From Phoronis australis (Eukaryota; Animalia; Phoronida): 64,000 nucleotides of DNA. Positions 54,350 to 64,000 of the stretch are shown piece after piece. Under the pieces are notes generated by a model. The model was not told the origin of the DNA. It saw only the letters and a program-made list of their open reading frames with translations, and did no database searches. Both the position numbers and the translations under genes were made by a program. Positions within the stretch are counted from its first letter, which is position 1. Each line of letters starts with the position of its first letter. The stretch lies in NCBI GenBank assembly GCA_002633005.1, contig NMRA01000653.1, forward strand, positions 124,001-188,000, given 5' to 3'.

Positions 54350-56150
54350 ATGAGAAGTATGGAAACAACCACTCGGCTGGTGTTATTTTGTGGATATTTA
54401 GCTGCTGTAGAAACTAGGTCATCCAGCTGGCCGCCCAAAGACTGTGGGAAGTGCTGCTGTAAAATGCACAATTCCGTGCGATATGCCAACTGTAGTTTCC
54501 GGGGGCTCGAAATCCTGCCAGATACTCTACCGGAAGACGTAGAGGCAATTGATGCGAGTTTCAACAATATCCGGGAAATTGATTCACAACAGTTTAAAAG
54601 TTACCATGCGCTTAAATCTCTCAACTTGAAGTACAACAAAATTGTTTACCTACCGGAAGAGTTATTTATGAATGCAAAAGTTTTGCAGTATTTGAACCTA
54701 GCCGGTAATCTGTTAACGGGGCTGGCGGTGGAGATATTTGCAACACTAAGTTACCTACGGCAAATGGATGGTCTGATGGTAAGAAGCATTCCTCGGGGAG
54801 TATTTGCGAATCTAAAAAAATTACGTGTTCTATCGTTCACTACAAACCAGACTGAGATCCCCGAGGAACTTTTCACGGGGATGTCTTTAAAAAGCATAGA
54901 AATCGCCGGGAATAATTTGAAAACGATTCCGGCAAATCTTTTCAATCCGTGTGAAAAAACTTTGAAACAGATCAGAATATCTGGGTCGCAGTTAAGCCAA
55001 CTTCCTGAAAAGATCTTCTCAAAACTCAGCATGCTGGAGATGGTCCGTATTACGAGTGACTCCAGTTTAAGTCTACCGAAGAAGTTATTTCAGTCAAGTG
55101 TCACCAACGTCTCTCCAGAGCTCCTAAAACTTTACAAGATGATGCAAAATCTTGGATTACCGAAACCGCCTACCCGCACGGAACCAAGTACAGTCCAGGA
55201 GATAGAGATAGACGCTCCTGCCCATCTTCCGCTGGAAATCTTTAACAACCTCCAGTCTTTGGAGAAACTTATTCTTCATCGTGTAACTAATGTGGACACA
55301 AAACTTCTTCAAGGCCTCGCCAATTTGGACTACGTCGACTTATCGAACTGTGGCTTGGACTCGCTGGTTGGGTCCTGGTTTCAAGATCTCAGAAATATCA
55401 AATATCTTGACCTTAGTTTCAATAAAATAAAGTCAATTGACAATGCGTCGTTTATCGGACTGCAGTATCTGAAAGTGCTGAATCTAAGTAATAACTCGCT
55501 AAAAACGCTCTCCCCATCCTCCTTCGCTGATTTGAAAAATTCCCTGGAAGTTATCAATTTATCAAATAACTCCATTGAGAATCTACCTCCTGCTCTTTTC
55601 CAAAGGATGTGGTCTCTCAACAATCTGGACCTGAAGCACAACAAAATCACGGCGGTCGACAGAGATGCATTTAAAGGATCAAAAAAGTTGCTCGTTCTGG
55701 ATATGTCTCACAATGCAATAAGCAACGCAGAGCCACAAATTTTTAGAGAACTCACGGATCTGACGTACCTGTATCTGCATCACAATGACATCGGAGCTCT
55801 TTCCAACTCACTTTTGGAGACCTGTACTTACCTGCACCAGCTGAATCTTGCTTTCAATCGTTTCACAGAGGTTCCACAACATTTCTTACCCAATCACCAT
55901 TTTCTTGAGCGCGTGTCGGTCCAAGGTAACAACTTAACGTGCAACTGTGGACTAGCCAGCATTCTTTACTATTTTCTGTATTCAACCACCGCCACGACAA
56001 CACTAGAGGGCGAATGTACCTTGCCAAAGAGGCTGAAAGGAAGAATGTTGGAGAAATTGCTCATGGACGAAATATGCACCCCAGAGGAAGTTGATTCTCT
56101 GTTCGTTAAAATGTCAGCAGACAATACGTTTGTTTCCTCAGTACCAACAA
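54350..56150 (+). CDS. LRR transmembrane receptor, coding exon 1 (signal peptide, LRRNT, roughly 16-17 LRRs, LRRCT)
   Basis: 602-aa ORF with CGKCCC..ANCS cap, repeated LxxLxLxxNxI and NNLTCNC...CTLPKRLKG...C cap; aa|gtgagt donor, phase 1. Confidence 0.93.
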
Positions 56151-58164
56151 GTGAGTAAATGTGTTCAACTTTCTGAAAAATAAGGAAATGATTTAAGCAT
56201 TATATTTTGCTCAAATAGTTAGCTGATTTTTAACGACAAAAGATTTTGACATCTCTTTTGTTTAAATTGTACCTACAAAGTGCATAGAATTGACTATAAT
56301 CACATACGGAAGTCATCGGCCAATGTGTTGTTAAGCAGAATGGCGTCACACTACCAAGTAATGTCGTAGGCCATGGATGGCGGAAATGACCCTTAAGTTG
56401 GGAATGGGCGAAAGGGGCACACCCATTGGTCACACATAGAGAAAATATGAGAGCTATATTGAAGACCATGGGTACGAAATTTTACTAGTCCGACAAAGTA
56501 CGACTGTTCGTTATTCCAACATAAGTCCGGAAGTTCATGAATTAGAAGATCCATATGTCCAGAAACTAGTATCGGCAGCGTGGCAGTATAAGTTTAAAAA
56601 CAACAGCGAAAACTCAGTACATAATGTCGAACGTCGTTTCGAACCTTTGGCGCTCGGTCGTTGACATATTTGTTTCAGCCAGACCTTTCGCTTGCAGAAC
56701 ATTTTCGAAATTACTGTTCGGAACCTTGTTTCTGTCATTATTGTTATGAGTGATCAAGTTAATTAAAACCAACTTCTTAAATTTCGTACTTATGAACTTT
56801 CACGCTGCCTTGCATTCAGTTAAATGGACATGCGTTCTTTCGGTCTTATGCATCTTTGGACTTATGGAACAGACAAACCTTTGATGCAGATTGTAGGAAG
56901 TAGTGGCCGGTTGCATGAAACAGTCCCAAATAAGGACTCGGATAAGGTCCCTAAGTCGTTTTCGTATTTGTGTCTTTATGGACTAACAGGTATAATTTCA
57001 TCTCGATTGCGAGCTCCTCTTTGTTTAATGACATTTTCTAATAATATAACTAAAAACTGAGCCCAGAATTCATTGAGAATAAATAGGAACTCAGCCCTAA
57101 CATTGGGGGTGTTGCATGAAACGATCCCTAAATATTCTCCATAAAATTGACAATTCAACATAGACTTCACTCTCGATTTGCACTAACGTAAAAAACTGAC
57201 TTAGTAACGAAACTAAAACAATACAAGAAAGAGCAATCAATGCTTTCACAAGTCCAAAAGTAGGCAGTAGATTTAGGGAACTTAGTTGAGTCCCTGTTTG
57301 CAACTGTTTCATGCAACCGGGCAAATGGAACTTCGAATTTTGTCCACCTCTAAACTGGTAAAACTCGTGGATCTTAGGACAAGTGGACATTCGGATTGTG
57401 AACATTGACCCGTTTCAAACATTTAAACGATTAACCGTTCAGTAATTTTGGTGCGCGTTTCATTATTAAGCATTGTCAAGATTACATCTACTCAATTCGC
57501 AAATAGTGAATAGTTTGATGGTTTCTATTTAAGAGACAAAATCCTGCTAAAGTCCAGTGAAACATGCAATGAACATTAATAGGATCTAACAGTTCATTTC
57601 ATTAGCCAAAGTCACGTGTTCTCATTTAATCTCTCACGTAATCTCGTGAAGTCTTGCTTTTTAGCGTGGTTCTAGCATTACTGAACGAGAGGCTGGGTTC
57701 CAAGAAAACAAAATATAATACTTTGGCACAGCATCTCGTAGGGAAATTTACCTGGGCGTTGTTGGATAATGTGGGAGCTCAAGCATCCCCGCCCCCCTCG
57801 TCTGCCGTTCATGTAGGAAGATGATGCGCTGCAGGAATTTACCATTGCTGATGCTACTGGAGTTATTTTGAAAAATAGGACATGTTTCGAATGTTATGAA
57901 ATGTGCGTGAAGCGTGTAGTTAGTCTTATTCAATATGATGTGGCTGTTTTTTTGTCACTTCCAGTTGATTTTGATTCGATCGCTGATGCTTTGTGCATTA
58001 TATGTGATGATGGGCTTAAAAATTTGATTTATATGAAAAATTTCCTCGAGGGCGCAAACTTTCATGGTTCTGTACGTTTCTATTAATTATTGACACACAC
58101 ATGTGTAAATTGATCTTGATGATGCTACTATTTTCAAAACGACCGGAAGTGAAATGACGAATTA

Positions 58165-58324
58165 TAGCGGCGAGTCCAGGGTTTTGAGTTAGGGGGATGG
58201 GGCAAGTCAGAGTATTAGCCATGATTTTGCCCGTCAAACATTCGCACCCCCAAACTTCCAAATGGAATCTGGTAGACTTTTAGAGGGGTGCATTGGCCCT
58301 TCGGCCCCCCTAAATCCGCCACTA
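58165..58324 (-). mobile_element. hAT-like MITE with 5-bp TSD (copy 3, more decayed)
   Basis: Body matches copy 1; flanks aatta / agtta. Confidence 0.7.
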
Positions 58325-59007
58325 AGTTATCGACGAAATCCCGTTTCCACATGCAAACAATTGTTACCACTGAAGCACAAGAATTGTAAAAACTTGGTAA
58401 CCTGAAGGGTCAGGGCTCCTCGCACATTAGCACAAATTTTTAACCAATTTGTTTCAAGCAATTCATATCTAATCCGGCAAGAGTGAAACAAAAATGGGTT
58501 TTAACGACATAGTTCATACTCTCATGACAACCCATTTTTGTAATATACCACACTGGTCTATTTTAACATTTTGAATTTCTAAGTTGTGAAATAGTCACAG
58601 CCCCGGGGTTACGCCAATGTTTTGGTCGGGATTTGTGTTAAGAAATCTAGGAGAAACANACTAAGTTATCGACGAAATCCCGTTTCCTCATGCAAACAAT
58701 TGTTACCACTGAAGCACAAGAATCGTAAAAACTTGGTAACCTGAAGGGTCAGGGCTCCTCGCACATTAGCACAAATTTTTAACCAATTTGTTTCAAGCAA
58801 TTCATATCTAATCCGGCAAGAGTGAAACAGAAATTCAAAATGATAAAACAGACCAGTGTGGTATATTACAAAAATGGGTTGTCATGAGAGTATGAACTAT
58901 GTCGTTAAAACCCATTTTTGTTTCACTCTTGTTGTGAAATAGTCACAGCCCCGGGGTTACGCCAATGTTTTGGTCGGGATTTGTGTTAAGAAATCTAGGA
59001 GAAACAT
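58321..59007. repeat. N-joined tandem duplicate (58321-58658 / 58660-59007) containing an internal inversion
   Basis: N at 58659; an 89-bp segment is reversed between the copies. Confidence 0.9.
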
Positions 59008-59679
59008 TCTTCAAGATAGTTCACTATGAAAGACCTCCACGTAGAAGTTCTCATTTGGCCTTTTTGCCTGTTAAGCTATCAATGTTCAGGACTTTCGTAA
59101 GGCGAGACAATTTATCTCGGATGAAAAGTGGCCTCGTGACTTCGAACAATGGACTGATATATCCCGCGTTTTGTTGAGAATTCAAAAACATGTACTGGGC
59201 TCTGTTTCATATTAAGTTTCTTAGGACTCAAGTCAGAAATTTGGTCTTACACGCCACACAACTATTTCTGAAAAATAATCTGAAAAATAATAAAATCCCA
59301 CTTGAGCAAAATGCTAAGTGTCTGAGAACAAACACGAAACTGCTAGTTATTGAGATAATTTCTATTATTTACTTCTATGCTGTGGTGTGTTAATAATTCC
59401 TTGGATAAACGTTTTTTAGCAATTGCGAAGTGGGAGTGTAAGACCGAATTTCTGTCTCGAGTCTTTCAGCCATTTTCACGAAACAGACCACAGATGTGGG
59501 TAAAAATATTACTAGTTGTATTGTAATTCTCCTTAAGTCATGGAGATTGATCTGTACCTAAAACTTCACGGCGTTTACATGGTGTAGAAACGTCTCACTG
59601 TTTACTGTAAATAGCTACATACATACTCAACACACATGTGTTTTCTGTTGTGTTAACAGTTTTAACGTTTTCCGTCTAG

Positions 59680-61122
59680 GGCAAAGACAATTTTTGGTAT
59701 CGACAACTCCAGCTATTGCAGCGACAACTACTACTGCTACTGCAGCACCAATGACTTCTACAATACCACCAATGAATACCACAACACAGGAAACTACAAT
59801 AACAATTATCAAGTCACCAACAACTACCTCTAGACCATCAACTGCCTCTACACCAACGACTACCACAACACCAACGACTACCACAACACCAACGACTACT
59901 ACGACATCAAAGACTACCACTACACCAGCAACTACCACTACACCAACGACTACCACNNNNNNNNNNNNNNNNNNNNNNNNNNNNNNNNNNNNNNNNNNNN
60001 NNNNNNNNNNNNNNNNNNNNNNNNNNNNNNNNNNNNNNNNNNNNNNNNNNNNNNNNNNNNNNNNNNNNNNNNNNNNNNNNNNNNNNNNNNNNNNNNNNNN
60101 NNNNNNNNNNNNNNNNNNNNNNNNNNNNNNNNNNNNNNNNNNNNNNNNNNNNNNNNNNNNNNNNNNNNNNNNNNNNNNNNNNNNNNNNNNNNNNNNNNNN
60201 NNNNNNNNNNNNNNNNNNNNNNNNNNNNNNNNNNNNNNNNNNNNNNNNNNNNNNNNNNNNNNNNNNNNNNNNNNNNNNNNNNNNNNNNNNNNNNNNNNNN
60301 NNNNNNNNNNNACACCAACAACTACCACTACACCAACGACTACCACTACTCCAACGACTACCACTACACCATCAACTACCACTACACCATCAACTACCAC
60401 TACACCAATAACTACCACTACAGCAACGACTACCACTAGACCAACAACTATCACTACACTAACAACTACCACAACACCAGCAACTACCACTGTACTAATG
60501 ACTATCAATACGTCATCAACTACCACTACACCAATAACTGCCACTACACCAACAACTACCACTACACCAACGACTACCACTACACCGGCAACTACCACTA
60601 CAGGAGCGACTACCACTACACCAGCAACTACCACTACACCAATATCTACCACTATACCAACTATCACTACAGCATCGACTACTACAACACCAATGACTAT
60701 CACTACACCAATAACTACCATTACACAAGCAACAACTACTACACCAACAACTATCACTATACCATCGATTACCACTGCACCAACGACTACAACTCCAACA
60801 ACAACTATCTCTACACCAACGACCTCCACAACACTAACGACTACCACAATACCGACGACTAGCTTAACACCACCAACAACGACCACTTCACTAACAACAA
60901 TTAACCAAACACCTACTACACCTATACCAACGCCAACAATTTCCACATCATCAGGTAGACCAAGACCGACAACCAAAGTTCCAACAACAGGTACACCACC
61001 ACTAACGAGAGTAACACGAATTACTACTATCTATACACCAATAACAAGTTTAATACCAACAACGGCAACTACAAGCACTGTGCACGGGGTTATGAGAAAG
61101 GCTAGAGATGAAATACGTATAG
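59680..61122 (+). CDS. LRR receptor coding exon 2: Thr/Pro-rich mucin-like stalk (TPTTTT repeats, gap at 59957-60311)
   Basis: tctag acceptor, phase 1 compatible with exon 1; ag|gtaagg donor, phase 1; 18-bp unit acaccaacgactaccact. Confidence 0.8.
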
Positions 61123-62071
61123 GTAAGGGTTGTTTCTTAATTTTATATTTTGGTAAACAATCTTTTGTCTTATTTGCTGCTGCTCAGAAAGACTGTTCAT
61201 TGGAACGCTCGATTTTCTTATAGCGAATACAAACCCACGTTTTGTCCAAAAATGGTTCTTATGATTTAGGCTCCTTTGGGCTCCTTTAGGCTCCTTTAGG
61301 CTATAAAGTTGGTCGCAGCTTGTTGCTTACTCTGGTAAGAAGTTATTTCTTAGTTAGTGAAGAACTGAAAATTCTTTAACGCTTAAGATAATGCTCGGCA
61401 AACAAAATGTCATTGGTGTCACTTTGATCTTGCATCAGATATCAAATTGTGCAACTACCGGTAACTCCAGGTTCATGGCCGTAAGAAAAATAAACAGTCA
61501 ATATCACTCCCGTCATATTCAAATCAGGTAACGTAATAATACATTCAGTAAATTGACAGATACCTAGTCTTGTTCGATACCTAGCCAGAGACGTTCATTA
61601 AGTTGGCTGTAAGCCCTCGCTCAGCCCAAGGAACGAACTTTGAATTTAGACCACTTAACGTTGGAAATTTGATCCCAACTTGTTCCTTACTGAGATGAGA
61701 AGTGATTTCAGAATTTGTACTCCAGAATTTGAAGTTCGTTATTCTTAAAGACCGTGCTCAGCGTATGAAATAACACGCTTCAGAGGACAGCTTGTGGAGT
61801 CTGGTCTCTAGAAATAACGCCCTGACGAGATTTGAAATTACACCGGATGTGACTAAAGAACAACTTATGACCAAAATCACGGCACGTGGTTAAAATTTAA
61901 AATTGATTTTTATGGTGAAAGGTGGGTTCAAAGAGGTTGATAATGCTAACAAGATCACGACCAAACATTAGAACTCGGTTTTCATAGAATGAGTACATAC
62001 ACCCTACTGACGACTACTCAACTGGACTTGGAATAAACGAGGGAAAATCCAGGGTAGTGAAACGTACTAAA

Positions 62072-62369
62072 AAGTGAAGCCAACGTTTGGAGACGCAGTT
62101 TGTCACTTTCTTAAGTGGGACTTTGCGTGTTTTCCTCAAGTATCAAACGAGTGCGTTAACCATATACAGACTCAAAATGCTGTTTACTAGCTCCATTCTG
62201 TAAGTGCACTTGTAATCTACTCGACATAGGAACTCGCAGTATGTACAACGTAACAGGTATTATGAAGGCAAACACAATAGTCTTGAGACATCTGTCGTGA
62301 TACTTGAGTAAAACACGCTATTTTTATATTGAAAATAACGAACGGTGCCTCCAAACATTGGAGTCACTT
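62072..62369. mobile_element. Palindromic element with about 75-bp diverged inverted arms, probably Penelope-derived
   Basis: aagtga.ccaacgtttggagac...gcgtgttttcctcaagtatca pairs with tgatacttgagtaaaacacgc...ctccaaacattggagtcactt. Confidence 0.5.
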
Positions 62370-63127
62370 GTTATTAAAGTTCACTGAGTCCTCAGCAATC
62401 ACTCAGCAGGACACTGGATATTCCAGCGTTTTATACTTGTTGAATTGAGTACATGTAGTCATTCTGTGAGGTATTGAGCTCCTATACATCGTTATAGTAG
62501 TGTGATTATCTTTAATGGATACGTACGTCCCAGACGAATTTCCGGACAACTTATAGTATGTACTATTATGTTAAATCTGACTTAAATTCATTTTTCTTAT
62601 AACCACGAGGTTGGAATAATTTTTGTACAGTTTGATTCCCACCAGTTGGAGAGTCTGTAAATTAAGGATGATAAGGGGAAATGGAACGTTGTTTTGAACA
62701 AGACATGGATAAAGAAAAAATACTGCTCAACCACTGACTAATGCTAGTCTGTTGCCATTGGGTAGTCATTCAGAAATGTTCGACATGTGGCGCGAAATCT
62801 CTAATGTTAGACGGTCTTCTGATGGGATAGTTTTATTAAATAAAGAGCAAACATTTCACACAATTATAATTCTAGTTTCAAAATGGATAAATTATGATAA
62901 GCACGAAAGTTTTGGGACATCCAATTGCTGTTGATATAAAAGGAATTATTTCATCTACTAGAAATTGCATTGCAATCACATCAAAATTAAATTATTGTTT
63001 GACATGTATGACTTTATTAATTAAATTGTTGTGGTTGTAGTAAAGTTATGTTAAAAGAATATCATTGCAGTGTTGGTGGGGACGCCGGGTGTTAAAAATT
63101 ATGATTGTCAATTGTCTTTAATTCTAG

Positions 63128-63513
63128 TACCCCTTTCGACAACGACTGCACACAATTTTGAACTGTCTATCGGTCCTATTGAAAAGAATAACGAGGTCAT
63201 TCTGGAGGACTCGTCGCGCAACGAAAGACGACCACTAGATGTCGTGCCCACACCAAAGATGGCATCTTCCACAAAACTATCCATCATTATATCGCGGGAC
63301 CACTTCTCTCTTCGACCGCACAACTCCGAAGTGGTTGCGACGACTACCAGGGTAGTTACTGGTCAACAAATAGAAACAGTACACGAGACCACGTGGTTTT
63401 TACCTGTTGCTGTAACGACGGGTGGCTGCACGGCTTTGGTATCGATAATTATTGCCGTGCGATATTATTATAAATATTTTAGAATGCATACCTATATCGT
63501 GAACAAGGTATGA
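63128..63513 (+). CDS. LRR receptor coding exon 3: juxtamembrane region, TM helix, short Tyr-rich tail
   Basis: ttctag acceptor, phase 1; WFLPVAVTTGGCTALVSIIIAV hydrophobic helix, then RYYYKYFRMHTYIVNKV*; AATAAA at 63683. Confidence 0.75.
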
Positions 63514-64000
63514 ATTGACAATGGTGGCGATGTGGCCATTTTTTAAACATAATGATGAACAACTATATTCCGAGAAACTAGAAGTGCCAAAGTAGTTTGT
63601 GCAATTGCGAAAGCGAAAATGAGAAATTAGGTTATTTCTGCAGATGATGAACACCTCGCAGTAATAAGTTATTTTTTATTGAAATAAACTTTAATATGTA
63701 AATCTGTCATGAGGTAGAAAAAACTTTACTACAGACTCTGTTTATCAATGTTTACTTTTATGAATGTATGTGTAATCCCCGGTGAAATATGCTTTTACTG
63801 ACACTGGTCACGTGTCATAGTCGATGTGGAAACTATTATGCGCGTGTTTAGGCTTTTTTGCCTTTATGTTAAGTTGCGCCTATATCCGAAATTAATCTTG
63901 AGAAAAACCTGAGCTAATTTCTAAGATTTTACATGAATGAAACCGGACATATTCGTTTCAAAATGGTACACGTTAATTTGCACTGCCTGGTCAGTGGGCA

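Noticed and set aside
59627-60976. 449-aa Val/Gly-rich minus-strand ORF
   Set aside because: Antisense shadow of the Thr-rich mucin repeat.
61820-61856. CTGACGA-gattt-GAAA minimal hammerhead candidate
   Set aside because: No U at 16.1 and no stem I pairing.

Overview
AT-rich, intron-containing animal genomic DNA from a draft heterozygous assembly, probably a marine invertebrate (inferred from the repeat content). Three host genes can be assembled from splice sites. (1) A + strand POGLUT1/Rumi protein O-glucosyltransferase: 9 exons, 1723-15764, ending in KDEL, signal-peptide exon not found. It has a GC-AG intron, a NAGNAG acceptor and non-conservative changes at positions that contact the EGF acceptor in fly Rumi. 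(2) A two-exon theta-like glutathione S-transferase on the - strand (34475-31242). (3) A three-coding-exon + strand receptor (54350-63513) built as signal peptide, LRRs, Thr-rich mucin stalk, TM and a very short tail, with no TIR domain. The rest is transposon debris: a 5.7-kb AcademX-like element with long modular TIRs and a TAA TSD inside a POGLUT1 intron, a pogo-type transposase with a PHD finger, a Gypsy gag/pro relic, a Penelope relic, hAT-type MITEs (one family with 5-bp TSDs) and a tRNA-derived SINE. Six N-joined tandem duplicates are most likely two haplotypes written side by side; one pair captures an 89-bp template-switch micro-inversion. No prokaryote-type system (CRISPR, operon) is present.
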